Part shown: one piece after another, positions 1 to 10,518 of the stretch | How positions within the stretch are numbered: position 1 is the stretch's first letter | Layout: every line of letters begins with the position of its first letter | Source: Terriglobia bacterium | GTDB lineage: Bacteria > Acidobacteriota > Terriglobia > JAJPHL01 > JAPKYU01 | NCBI GenBank assembly: GCA_965206645.1 | Contig: CBDBKE010000002.1 | Location: forward strand, 704,001 to 768,000 | DNA length: 64,000 bases | Direction: 5' to 3' | Program-made: the position numbers and the translations under genes | Notes under the pieces: generated by a model | Told to the model about the DNA's origin: nothing | What the model saw: the letters and a program-made list of their open reading frames with translations, nothing else | Databases searched by the model: none

Positions 1-628
1 CCAGCTTTCCAGCGTTAATGATGATGATGCGCTGGCAGATGGCCGACACCTCCGACAGGATGTGGGTGCTGAGAATGACGGTGTGCTCGCCTCCCAGACT
101 CCTGATCAACTCCCGGGTCTCAATAATTTGCTTCGGGTCGAGCCCGGCGGTTGGCTCGTCCAGCACCAGAACTGCGGGCTGGTGAATCAGAGCCTGAGCC
201 AGCCCGACGCGCTGTCGGAAGCCCCGGGAGAGTTTCCCAATCAAAGTCTTGCGAACCTCGCCCAGGGCGCATTTCTCGACCACGTCGTCCAGGCGCCCGG
301 CTAGGGCTTGCCGCGGGACGCCTTTGATGCGAGCCACAAACGTCAGGTACTCGGTGACGCTCATCTCCGGATACAGCGGCGGCAGCTCCGGCAGGTAGCC
401 GATACGGCGCTTCACTTCCAGAGGTTGCGCCAGCACGTCAAAGTCGGCGACGCGTGCACGGCCACTGGTAGGCGGCAGAAAACAGGTGAGCACGCGCATG
501 GTGGTGGTCTTGCCCGCGCCGTTGGGACCCAGGAAGCCCAGGATTTCGCCGCCGCCTGCCTCAAAGCTAATGTTGTCCACCGCCAGGGTACGACCGAAGC
601 GCTTCGACAGTCCTTCCGCTTGAATCAT
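1..628 (-). CDS. ABC-2 type transporter ATP-binding protein (3' part outside window)
   Basis: Manual translation MIQAEGLSKRFGRTLAVDNISF...GFLGPNGAGKTTTMR (Walker A); absent from the ORF track because it runs off the window edge. Confidence 0.85.
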   Translation of the reverse strand, partial: MIQAEGLSKRFGRTLAVDNISFEAGGGEILGFLGPNGAGKTTTMRVLTCFLPPTSGRARVADFDVLAQPLEVKRRIGYLPELPPLYPEMSVTEYLTFVARIKGVPRQALAGRLDDVVEKCALGEVRKTLIGKLSRGFRQRVGLAQALIHQPAVLVLDEPTAGLDPKQIIETRELIRSLGGEHTVILSTHILSEVSAICQRIIIINAGKL

Positions 629-810
629 CCTCTATTGCCTTTTTGAATCCGTGCTCCGTCGGACCGGCGGCTTGGTAACCATCGGCCCAGCGCTAGCATA
701 ACGGCTCCAGTGAATACCCCGGAGCCCCAGAACAGGTGAGGAAACCTATGCTATTGAAAAGCCGGCCCGCTGTAAAGAGAGCCATTAGGGGATTGGCTCG
801 AAGGAGACAC

Positions 811-2058
811 CTACGCTCGGTACCCGCGGGCGGCAATTGGCCAAACCGCCTCGACCCGCTCCTTGCGGACCGCATAGAGCTGATCGTAGAGATTGATGCT
901 GGGGTCGCAGTGGGGGATGAGAAACTCCAGCCGGTCGCCCAGGCGAACTTCGCGCTCGGCCCCGCTGAGGTCGAGGCGCCCGTGCTCGTCTCCCGCCCAG
1001 GAGTACTGGATCCCCTGCAGGCTGACGCACTCCGGCCCGAAGCTGCGGTCGGTGGAGAAAGCTTTCAAGCCCGCGTCCAGAATGGCCACGTCCGGCGAGG
1101 GCCGGCTGATGACGGTAGCCACCACTGTTAGCGAGGGTGCGAAGTCTGCGTACACCTCGCCGCTCTGTCCACCGATGAGGCGGTAGTCCACGTCCATGAA
1201 GACGTAGGAGCCGGGCTGCAGTTCGGTGACGCCCTCCATGGTCGAATCAATGTTGTAGGTGCCGGTGCTACCGCCGCTCAGCAGCGGCACTTCAAAACCG
1301 GCCTTCTCCAGGAGGTGGCGCGTCTCCACTGCCGGAGCCATCGCCGCCAGGGAAACCTCACGGCGGCTGTCAAACCCGATGGTGTGGGACGCCTGGCCAG
1401 CGTAGGCCTGGATGCCGCCTAGCTTCAGCCGGGGCAGGCGCGCGATTTCCTTTACAAGCTCGACCGCAGGCGGACCCGGAGTCACGCCGGTGCGGCCTGC
1501 CACATTCAGGTCGAGCAACACGTTCAGGTCCACGCGCGCGGCCGAGGCAGCTTCAGAAAGCTCGCGAGCGCCGGCGGTGCTGTCGACAATGACCATCAGG
1601 TCGCGATGGGCGGCAGCCAGTTTCATGAGCCGCTTCAGCTTCGGCTTGCCCACTAGCTCTCCGGTAATCAGCAGGCCCGGGATTCCGTGAGCCGCCATCA
1701 CTTCTGCCTCGTGCAACGTAGCCGCACAGATGCCTGCTGCTCCGGAGGCGATCTGCGCCTTCGCGATCTCGGGGCATTTGTGCGTCTTGGCGTGCGGGCG
1801 AATCGCTCGTTTGGCACCCTTCAGGTGGGCAGCCATCCGGGCCACGTTCTGCTCGAAGGGGTGCAGGTCCAGCAGCAGGGCCGGGGTGGCCAGGTCGTGC
1901 TTGCTCAACTTGCCTGCTTCCATAGCTCTCCGGGTCTCCCGCGCGCGCAAGCCTGGCTGGGGGCTTCTGCGGGCCACCGCTGCGGGCGCCGCCACAATGG
2001 ATAACGAAGAGGCCAGGAACAGCCGCCGGGAACTACCAGAACCGTGATCGCGGAACAT
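811..2058 (-). CDS. DSD1-family PLP-dependent enzyme (D-threonine aldolase/D-serine dehydratase-like) with a Tat-like N-terminus
   Basis: TPALLLD, RPHAKTHK (PLP lysine), GGSTGTY, GDEHG and PHCDP motifs; N-terminal SRRLFL plus hydrophobic stretch. Confidence 0.85.
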   Translation of the reverse strand: MFRDHGSGSSRRLFLASSLSIVAAPAAVARRSPQPGLRARETRRAMEAGKLSKHDLATPALLLDLHPFEQNVARMAAHLKGAKRAIRPHAKTHKCPEIAKAQIASGAAGICAATLHEAEVMAAHGIPGLLITGELVGKPKLKRLMKLAAAHRDLMVIVDSTAGARELSEAASAARVDLNVLLDLNVAGRTGVTPGPPAVELVKEIARLPRLKLGGIQAYAGQASHTIGFDSRREVSLAAMAPAVETRHLLEKAGFEVPLLSGGSTGTYNIDSTMEGVTELQPGSYVFMDVDYRLIGGQSGEVYADFAPSLTVVATVISRPSPDVAILDAGLKAFSTDRSFGPECVSLQGIQYSWAGDEHGRLDLSGAEREVRLGDRLEFLIPHCDPSINLYDQLYAVRKERVEAVWPIAARGYRA

Positions 2059-2178
2059 TTTAGCTTTCTCCCTCCGCCCTGCACTGTGCAGCTATTGTAG
2101 CTTCCCTTTCAAGATTTAAAAGTCTGGTTGAATCATGCGCCGGCGGGAGTCAAGCCGATCTAGTCGCCGGAGAAGTCC

Positions 2179-3192
2179 TTACCGTTGAGTTGAAGCTGGA
2201 TCATGACGTTCATTTGCGAGGGCACGACCCGGCAATACGTTCGGGAGGATCTTCCCGCGATCCACTACTATTTTTCCTGCGACTAGGAGGTACTTCACGC
2301 CCACGCTTGGTTCGCTGGGTGACTCGTAGGTGGCGCGGTCGGCAATTGTTTCTGGATCGAAGATGACAATATCAGCGTCCGCGCCTTCCTGGAGACGACC
2401 CTTCTTCCGCGCCGCAGCCGTTGCGCGCTCGAGCCTCATGGCCGGCATCAGTGACATTTTCCGAATTGCATCCATCAGGGTCAGCCTTTGCTGCGACCGC
2501 ACATAGCGCGCAATGACACGGGCATAGGTTCCGGCATTGCGGGGATGATCCGTAAGCCCGTCGCTCGCGACCATGACCAGCGGATGCAAGATGACCGTAT
2601 CAACGATCGTGTCAGGATTCAGAAGGATAAGAACCGTTCGCGGTTCGGGCGAGGCGTGGAGGCGCTCGAAGCTTTCCTTGGTCAATGGTTCACCCGTGTC
2701 GGGCAGCCGCAGATCCTTGTAGTCGATTCCAAACTTTTCACGCCAGCCAGGGTTGAACAGGGCTGAATTGATGGCTGTCATCCCTGCTCTACAAGGATAG
2801 CCTTCCGTGGTCACGTCAAGCCCTCGGGCCCGGGCGCCTTCAATCAGGCGGAGGCACGGGACCGCATCTTTCAAACAGCTGCTATTGATGTGCACGATGT
2901 GCAGAGATGCCCCGCTGACGGCAGCGGCAGCGATCACTTCGCCAACGGCTTCAATGCTGGAGCCAGGCTCCACTCTGCCAGCACTCCGAACATGCGCGCA
3001 GACAGACACACTCCGCTCGGCTGCAATCCGGAAGATCTCGATCACTTCTGATCGGGTGGCGCCGGGGACATACGCGATCCCCATCCCGATACCCAACGCC
3101 CCGGCATCGAGCTCAGCTCGGAGTGAATCTCCCATGCGCTCCAGTTGCTCCGAGGTTGCTGGCTCATTCGTTGCGGAACCGGATTGCGGGAC
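2179..3192 (-). pseudogene. D-aminoacylase-like amidohydrolase, 5'-truncated by IS3
   Basis: HIVH, ASDG..HPR.AGT and KGRLQEGADADIVIFDP motifs; the ORF start lies inside the IS terminal repeat and the N-terminal metal-binding region is missing. Confidence 0.8.
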
Positions 3193-3230
3193 TGACCAGA
3201 CCGATTTTTTGTACCAACCGTAGTGAGAGT

Positions 3231-4092
3231 TCACATCGCAGCCTGGGGCTGTGAAACTGGTTTCAGTGGCAGGGGAGGGCTATAGGCCCCCGGCGCCGGG
3301 GGCCTATAGCCGAGCGCCGAGTGCGGCCGCACCGTGTTGTATTGCACCCTCCACTGTTCAATCACCACCTGTGCCTCCTTCAACGAGTAGAAGATCTCTC
3401 CATTCAGGCATTCGTCCCGCAGCTTCCTATTGAAACTCTCGCAGTACCCGTTCTCCCAGGGACTGCCCGGTTCGATGTACAGTGTCCCGGTCCCTAGATT
3501 TGTGGCGCAGTTGTTTGGCGATGAACTCGGGACCATTGTCGGATCGAATCTGTTCCGGTATCCCTCGCCACAACATCACGTCCGACAACGCCTCAATGAT
3601 TTGTTGGCTGCCCATCCTCCGCTCCACCCGGATCGCCAGGCATTCCCGCGTGTACTCATCCAGCAAGGTCAGCAGCCGCAGCGTTCTCCCCTCGTGCGTT
3701 CTGGCACTCATGAAGTCGTAGCTCCACACGTGGTTCGGTCGCTCCGGCCTCAGTCGTACACAGGAACCGTCGTTCAGCCACAGCCGTCCTCGCGGCCTTT
3801 GTTTTTGCGGCACTTTCAGCCCTTCCCGCCGCCAAATCCGCTGCACCCGGTCCTTGCCCACTTCCCAGCCCGCACTCCGCAGCAACGCTGTGATCCTCCG
3901 GTAGCCATATCGCCCGTACTTCGCTCCCAGGGCAATGATCGCTCGGGTCAGAGCATCCTCGTCCACCCGATGAATCGGCTCGTATCGTTGTGTCCCTCGC
4001 CATTGCCCCAGCAGCCGGCAGGCATGCCGTTCCGACAACCCGTGTTGCTCCCACGCACGCTCCACCACACAACGCCGCCGCTCAGGGCTCAG
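3231..4092 (-). pseudogene. IS3 transposase orfB (DDE domain), frameshifted
   Basis: WSYDF and RSDNGPEF in one frame; PGSPWENGYCESFN in another frame (3231..3536). Confidence 0.88.
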
Positions 4093-4367
4093 AAGTTTCC
4101 CTGTGCCACATCCCGCAGTACCTGCTTCTCCAGAGAAAGCTCCGCTACCAACCGCTTCAGCCGCGTGTTTTCCTTCTCCAACTCCTTTAGCCGTTTCGCC
4201 TGCACCACCTTCAGCCCGCCGTATTCCTTCCGCCACCGGTAGTAGGTTTGGGTGTGGATTCCAGCTTCTTTGCAGGCTTGGGGCGCAGTCTTCCCGTTCC
4301 CCATCTGCACTTCTATCTGCCGTAGCACCGCTACAATCTGCTCCGGCTTGTAACTCCTTGTCGGCAT
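4089..4367 (-). CDS. IS3 transposase orfA (HTH)
   Basis: QTYYRWRKEYGG...RLKELEKENTRLKRLVAEL; ends in the GGGAAACTTCTGA frameshift window. Confidence 0.9.
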   Translation of the reverse strand: MPTRSYKPEQIVAVLRQIEVQMGNGKTAPQACKEAGIHTQTYYRWRKEYGGLKVVQAKRLKELEKENTRLKRLVAELSLEKQVLRDVAQGNF

Positions 4368-4434
4368 GACCTCACTTCCTCCTCAAGTGGATTCTCTCTC
4401 TTTCCACTTGGTACAAAAAGTGCCGGTCAGGTCA

Positions 4435-4938
4435 CGCCCAATCTACTAGTTCGCAGATGAGTGCCGGCTGGTCCCCATAGGCAAGGGAATAGACAGTACC
4501 AGCGGAAACTGCACGACGCGCCAGCAGCGGGCCGGCCAACGCATCCGCTTCCACGTTCACCATGACGATGTGCTTGCCGTGGTGGCTACACGCGAGCGCG
4601 TGCCTGATGCCTGCAGTCGGGTTGCCTGTGGCATCGATGACGACCTCAGGGCCGTCGGCCACGATTAGGCTCAGCGCGTCATCGGTAAGGTAGGTGGTGC
4701 CACGTTGTAGCGCTTCCGAGAGCCTATCCGCGTTGAATTGCTCCTTAGGCCAGCCGACCCGGGTAAGGGACTCGCGAGCACGCGATGGAACCAGATCGGC
4801 GACTGCAACCACGGGCAGGCCAGGCGTACGGCGCGCCTGCGAGAGGAACATGGAACCGAACTTGCCCGCGCCGAGCAGTGCAACGCGCACTGGTTTTCCT
4901 TCCTCGGCTCGGCGCCTAAGCAGGTAGTTGAGATTCAT
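4435..4938 (-). pseudogene. Homoserine-dehydrogenase-like NAD(P)-dependent oxidoreductase, 3'-truncated by IS3
   Basis: GAGKFG Rossmann motif, VMVNVEAD and YSLAYGDQP; stop codon is supplied by the IS end. Confidence 0.8.
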
Positions 4939-5631
4939 ACGTTTTCGCCTACCATCATCGAGGCGTGCAACCCCCAGCCACGCATTTGCGGTTGGATGAC
5001 GACAAAATTGGGCCTAGGTAACATCACTGGCCGCTTTAGCATCCCCTTCCTTAACCTACCAATCTGTAAGCCAGGTAATGCAAGTTCCCGAAAGACCAGG
5101 AGTTGCATCGGACTTGGCAGATTAGACCTCACTAGTTGGTCAGCGTTTACCTATGCTGCCACGCAGGCCACTTGGATATATAGCGCGCTAACCGGACAAG
5201 TGCCCGGATCCCCTCCGGGGAAGTAGCCCTCGCGCACAAGGCCGATAGTCCCCACAAACGGGCCGATTGCAGTTCTACACAGAGTTTATGAATAAGCTTG
5301 TAGATATCACACGGCTCGGCCATCTCGATTCCGTTTTGCACACGTATTTGAAGCGAATGTTTAGCAGCTAAACGGACAAGCGAAGACGTCTGAGTCATTA
5401 GAGGCCTAAGAGGCCTATCGCTGGCTACTACCTTTCTGGAAGCCGGGCGGGCTGCCGGGGGCGATAGGAGGATTGACGCCCCCTACTCCCCCTTCGCCCA
5501 CCCAAGCGTGGATTTCCCTCCGATTTGCTCTCAAGCCGAAGCCAGACAAACCGGTACTAGTCGCCGCTGTCAATTGGCTTGGTTTTTCTGTGTGTTGTCC
5601 TACTGAGTTGTTTGCTTTGGTAGTCTTTGCA

Positions 5632-5680
5632 GGCCTTTTAAGCCGAGGGTCCTGGGTTCGAGTCCCAGCCGCCTCACCAC
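5632..5680 (+). repeat. 49-bp duplicate of the 3' part of tRNA-Lys (att site)
   Basis: GGCCTTTTAAGCCGAGGGTCCTGGGTTCGAGTCCCAGCCGCCTCACCAC, identical to the reverse complement of 23147-23195; 5' tRNA half absent. Confidence 0.92.
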
Positions 5681-5999
5681 GATTCTCTCGGAAATACACC
5701 CAACCCGCCGACCCAGACCGTCGAGATTACAAATCCCGGCGGTAGCACCATACCGTGGACGGCGGAAAGCAAGACCACGACTGGTTGACTAGTCCGGGCC
5801 CGGGAATGGCGCTTCTGGCACTTGGCTGGTTGCCATCGTCTTAGTCGAGATGGACTCCAGTTCCATCCTTGCCCGCAAGCCATATTCCGAGAAACGCAAA
5901 GGGCAAGGGTCCAACCGTGCGGAAATCCTTGGACTGCTCGTACCTTGCCGTGAGCCTCGGGGTTGCTTTTTATTGGTGCGTGAAGGATGATGCGCTCGC

Positions 6000-6791
6000 A
6001 TGAAGCTTTCCCTGTCGCTGGAAATGATTTTTACGGGGGAGCCGTACGTCCAGCGCGTGGCCCGGGCTGCCTCACTGGGCTTCCAGGGAGTGGAATTCTG
6101 GCACGCCGAGGAGAAGAACCTCGACGAACTAAAAGCGGCTGCCACCGCAGCAGGTGTGGAGATTGCGACTTTCACCGCGAACCACCAAGCGTCCTTGGTG
6201 GACGAACGCGACCGGGAAGCGTTGTTGAAAGAGGTCGGCGATGCGCTGGAGATCGAGAGGCGCCTGGGGTGCGGTGGACTGATGTTGCAGACCGATGTAC
6301 TGCATCCGGATGGAAGCTCGGCTGCGGATCAGCGAATTACCCCTGCGGCTCGAAATGCCAGCGTAGTCGCCGGGTTGAGAGCGCTGGCGCCGCTGGCAGA
6401 ACGGGCCGGCTGTGCGCTATGGCTGGAGCCACTCAACACCCGCCGCGATCACCCGCGAAATTCCCTCTCAAGTAGCGAGGCGGCCCTGGAAATCTTGGAG
6501 GAAGTGGGCCATCCTTCGATCCGCTGGCTGCTTGACTGCTACCACATGGCGCTGATGGGCGAGGATGTATGCGCCATGATACGACGTGGTTTCCCTTTGC
6601 TCGACCATGTCCATGTCGCCGGCACAGCGGAGCGCGGCGAACTGGACCGCAGCGAGCTTGACTACCGCCGCGTGGCCGAGACACTCCGGTCCCTCGACTA
6701 CCGTGGCTTTGTGACCCTGGAGTTTGCGCCGCGCGGTCCGGAGGAAGCCGCTGTGCGCCGCGGCGTCGAGATCCTTACGGGCGGCGCCTGA
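6000..6791 (+). CDS. Hydroxypyruvate isomerase-like TIM-barrel sugar isomerase
   Basis: LEPLN, DCYH, HVH and LEF metal-binding motifs. Confidence 0.8.
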   Translation: MKLSLSLEMIFTGEPYVQRVARAASLGFQGVEFWHAEEKNLDELKAAATAAGVEIATFTANHQASLVDERDREALLKEVGDALEIERRLGCGGLMLQTDVLHPDGSSAADQRITPAARNASVVAGLRALAPLAERAGCALWLEPLNTRRDHPRNSLSSSEAALEILEEVGHPSIRWLLDCYHMALMGEDVCAMIRRGFPLLDHVHVAGTAERGELDRSELDYRRVAETLRSLDYRGFVTLEFAPRGPEEAAVRRGVEILTGGA

Positions 6792-6891
6792 CGCCAAGCC
6801 ATTGACCGCGGCGCCTACGAGGTCTCCGATGATACGGGCATCATCTGAGTGATCAGCATCAACATCAAAGGGCACAGAAAGGAGGATAACC

Positions 6892-7719
6892 TTGCTGCTA
6901 AAAGGCAAGTTCGTCTTGGTTACGGGTGCCAGCCAGGGCATTGGGCACGCGCTGGCGGTGGGGATGGCCGCACGCGGGGCCGCCATGGGAATCAACTATA
7001 AGACGAACCGCCAAGGTGCCGAACAGACGTTGCGCCGTATCGAGCAAGCCGGAGGCAGCGCCGCCATCTTCCAGGCGGACATTGGCGAAAAGCGCCAGGC
7101 CGAGAATATGGTCCATCGGTTTGTGGAACGTTTCGGGCGGATCGACACGCTGGTCAACAACGCCGCCCGAACCCGGCTTGGCCCTCTCCTGGAGGTCACC
7201 GAAGAAGACTGGCTCGATGTAGTCAACACCAATCTAAAAGGCACGTACTTTGCCAGCGCCGCGGCTGTTGGTTATATGCAGGGCGCTCACATGCAGGGCA
7301 GTCATAAGCAGAATGGCGGGGGCGGGTCGATCGTTAACGTCAGTTCCTGCGCGGCCAGTCTGATGGTGCCGTTTCACTCGGTCTACACCATGTCAAAAGG
7401 GGGAGTCGAGGCCCTCACGCGCCAGTTGGCGGTGGAGCTGGCGCCGCGGGTTCGCGTCAACTGTATTTCTCCGGCGCCCACCAGTACAGACCGCAATCGA
7501 GGCTATGATCCGCAATACGACGAGCGCTGGGGGGCAGTCATCCCCATGCAACGCGTGGCCCAGCCGGAGGACATGGTGGGCGCGGTAGCATTCCTGGCCT
7601 CCGAGCACGCCGCGTTTATCACCGGCCAAATTCTGCAAGTGGACGGCGGCTGGACGCTCAAAGGACACACCCCGGATTTGACTCAGGAAGACTTCTCAGC
7701 GGACCGACTGCGTGGCTAG
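6892..7719 (+). CDS. SDR family oxidoreductase
   Basis: TGASQGIG, NNA, YxxSK, DGG; RBS AGGAGG upstream of TTG. Confidence 0.9.
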   Translation: MLLKGKFVLVTGASQGIGHALAVGMAARGAAMGINYKTNRQGAEQTLRRIEQAGGSAAIFQADIGEKRQAENMVHRFVERFGRIDTLVNNAARTRLGPLLEVTEEDWLDVVNTNLKGTYFASAAAVGYMQGAHMQGSHKQNGGGGSIVNVSSCAASLMVPFHSVYTMSKGGVEALTRQLAVELAPRVRVNCISPAPTSTDRNRGYDPQYDERWGAVIPMQRVAQPEDMVGAVAFLASEHAAFITGQILQVDGGWTLKGHTPDLTQEDFSADRLRG

Positions 7720-7785
7720 ACCCTTGAGGCGCCCGAGCGTGCGACCAATGCCTTTCGAAGGCGGCTTGAGTGGTCGAGAGAGCGC

Positions 7786-8913
7786 ATGCCCCACCCCGGC
7801 CAGGTCAGCCGCATAGTTGCGGGTGTGGATACAAGCGATATGCCAGAAGCCACGAACCGCCTTCGAGTCCAGCAGCGCCGACAGGCAGCATTGGTGCTGG
7901 CGGTGCTGGTCGTCATCGCGGGGGTGATCTGGGGGATCTACGACACCGTCTTGCTGGTGAGCTTGGTTGGTGCCGCTGGCCTGATATGGTCCAGCCGCGA
8001 GCGGAAAGCCTGGGTACTGGCGGCGCTGATGGTGGCGGCAGGGCTGGGGTGGTCGGCGTGGTGGAGAGGCAGGATTGTTTCCGGAAAGCTTTCTGGGCAT
8101 CTTTCCTACTTGGAATGGAGCGACATCGAGCGGGCCGTTCTTGCCCCTTGCCCGGGGAGGCCGGTCCCATGGGTTGCGGAGAGGACCAAACTGCTTGGAG
8201 AAAAAACCGTGGAGGGGCAGAAGTGGGAGCTTCATGAGACCGAACTCGGCAAGTTCTGGTTGACCGCCCCAGGGAAGGACCTGCTCACGTGGTTGGTATG
8301 GGAGATGAGGGTCCAGAGGATCTACGAGAGCGGAGAGGTGGCCATTCGCCCCGGCGATACGGTGATTGACTGCGGAGCTCACGTGGGGGTGTTCTCGACG
8401 TACGCACTGCGACGTGGGGCAGGTCGCGTCATTGCCATTGAACCGGACCCCGGGAACGTCGCCTGCCTGGAAGCCAACTTGGCGGAGGAGATAACAGCGG
8501 GCCGGGTGAGCGTGGTGAGGGCGGGGGTCTGGGACAAGAATACCCACCCCACGTTTTTTCATTTCGACGAAAATCCGGCTCAGGATAGCTTCTTAAGGAA
8601 ATCAGCGAACGCCAGGAGGCCCGAGCAGGTGCAGGTGTTCCCCCTGGACGAGATCGTCGAACAACTCGAACTGGAGCGAGTGGATTTCATCAAGATGGAT
8701 ATTGAAGGCTCGGAACGCCGCGCGCTTCGAGGGGCTGGGAGGACAATCGCGCGATTCAAGCCGAGGATGGCAATCAGCTCTTAGCACTTGGCGGATGACG
8801 CGAAGGTGATTCTCGCGATCGCCAAAGGGATCGAGCCAAGCTACCAGATTCACGCCAAGGACGTCGAACTGACGCTCAGTAGTGTAGATCCCAAGGTGCT
8901 GTTTCCCCACTGA
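7786..8913 (+). pseudogene. Membrane-anchored FkbM-family methyltransferase with an internal TAG at 8782-8784
   Basis: N-terminal TM helices, DCGAHVG and KMDIEGSE; the frame continues after TAG (HLADD...PKVLFPH) to TGA at 8913. Confidence 0.75.
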
Positions 8914-9043
8914 CCGGCGGCAGGCAGGCCGTCGGTCAGGCCCTTGGGGCTTCCCCGAGTAACTGACGTATATTTTGGCGCTAAGGAGTGGCCCATCGGA
9001 AATTCCAGGTGGGGTCGCTCGGGACCTATCATTGAGGCAATCT

Positions 9044-10054
9044 ATGCGACGAAAAGTCATACTCAAAGCGCTACGAGCAGTTCTGCTCGTGGAATTGCTG
9101 TTCTTGCTGTTCGTTGGGCTGCAGTGGATTTACCCGGGAATGATCTGGTTCTTCATCGGCGGCGCTGGCCATTTGAGAGACCCGCATTGCTCAACCCTCC
9201 AGGCTGTGTGGGCGTCTCGTATCATGAAAGCCGAGGAGGCTGCGGTAAAGAAAATCGCAGCCGAAACCCGACGCGTCGCCGTCGATGGAGACCTGGAGTT
9301 GCTGCAAACACCGGCAGGTCGCTACCTGGTTCCCGGCAATACGTCGGAATCAAAAGCAAGCTCGGGCACCCTCCTTGCAATACTTCTCGCTCAACAGCAG
9401 CGGGGCATTTACGGAGATTCGGAGTGGGGCGTTCGTTCTGGAGATACCGTACTGGACGCCGGTGCACATGTCGGAGTTTTCACCCGGAAGGCGCTTGATT
9501 CCGGCGCGTTGCTGGTTGTCGCCATCGAACCTTCCCCGAAGGCAATCCGCTGCCTCCGACAAAACTTCGCTTCCGAGATTTCGGCCGGGCGGGTCATCGT
9601 TTATCCGAAGGGCGTCTGGAACCGGGACGAGACACTCACCTTCTATTTGAACACCATCACTGGCGCTGGGGACAGCTTCCTCATTGCTGCTGGACAGCCG
9701 TCCACACTCCAAGTTCCGGTAGTTACAGTCGATACCCTGGTGCGCGAACTCCGCCTGCCGCGCGTGGATTTCATCAAGGCCGACATAAAGGGCGCAGCTA
9801 CCCGCATGGTTCAAGGCGCCCGCGAAACTCTGACCGCGTACCGACCAAGGCTTGTTTTTGCAACAGAGGAGGTTGAAGACGACCCCCTCTTGATTGAGGA
9901 GGCAGTGCATCAAGCTTGCCCCGGATGCTACGAGATGAAGTGCGGCCCGTGTCGGGTTGGCGGCTGGCTCTGGGCCATTGGCGGCCACCGCGAAGTCGAC
10001 ATGGAGACGCTTTTCTTCCGGGCTGTGCCGGGCACCTGGCGAGCGGCCCAATGA
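9044..10054 (+). CDS. FkbM-family methyltransferase with N-terminal TM anchor
   Basis: DAGAHVG, AIEP and DFIKADI motifs; paralog of the upstream gene. Confidence 0.82.
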   Translation: MRRKVILKALRAVLLVELLFLLFVGLQWIYPGMIWFFIGGAGHLRDPHCSTLQAVWASRIMKAEEAAVKKIAAETRRVAVDGDLELLQTPAGRYLVPGNTSESKASSGTLLAILLAQQQRGIYGDSEWGVRSGDTVLDAGAHVGVFTRKALDSGALLVVAIEPSPKAIRCLRQNFASEISAGRVIVYPKGVWNRDETLTFYLNTITGAGDSFLIAAGQPSTLQVPVVTVDTLVRELRLPRVDFIKADIKGAATRMVQGARETLTAYRPRLVFATEEVEDDPLLIEEAVHQACPGCYEMKCGPCRVGGWLWAIGGHREVDMETLFFRAVPGTWRAAQ

Positions 10055-10518
10055 ACCGGTAACAGAGGGAGAGGCACCTTGCGCGCTCGAGCAGCGACCG
10101 TACACTTTTCCGAGCCGGAGTAACTCCAAAAACCACAGGTGTCGGGACCCGCGCGAACCAACCCCGCTACCGGATAAACACTCAGAAGGGCTACGCCACC
10201 GGGGGATCAGTGGCGCAGCCAAGGGGTTATGTAGAGATGCACAGAGTCTAGATCGCGCCGGCCTGGGTTGTCAACGGTGCCGGCGTTAGCACCGCTTCCG
10301 CGCGTTTTCAACGGGCACTCTTTCGGTCCACAAGGAGGACGCGGCTGCTTCTTTAGCAAGTTGCACAAGAACTAATGTAGTGACACCTCCCTTGCGGTCG
10401 CTGGTCTGTAACTTGCCCGCACCTCTGGAAGCGGGGAGAGGCGCTAGACTCCCGGCAGTTGCACCGCACCGCAGGAATGATTTGCAGGCCTGCGGGCATT
10501 TCGGTACTTTGTAACGGC

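Larger units (their letters stand above)
3193..4434 (-). mobile_element. IS3-family (IS407-like) insertion sequence, copy 1; orfB inactivated by an 8-bp deletion
   Basis: Terminal IRs TGACC(T/A)GACCG..TTTTTGTACCAA; near-identical to 21019-22268 but lacking GTGGTTGG near 3502. Confidence 0.92.

Noticed and set aside
5632-5680. Second functional tRNA-Lys
   Set aside because: It lacks the 5' acceptor strand and D-arm; it is an att duplicate
7276-7320. In-frame 15-bp repeats in the SDR (MQGAH/MQGSH) and in the deaminase (47981-48010)
   Set aside because: Probably neutral loop or terminal expansions, consistent with the general tandem-duplication tendency already reported
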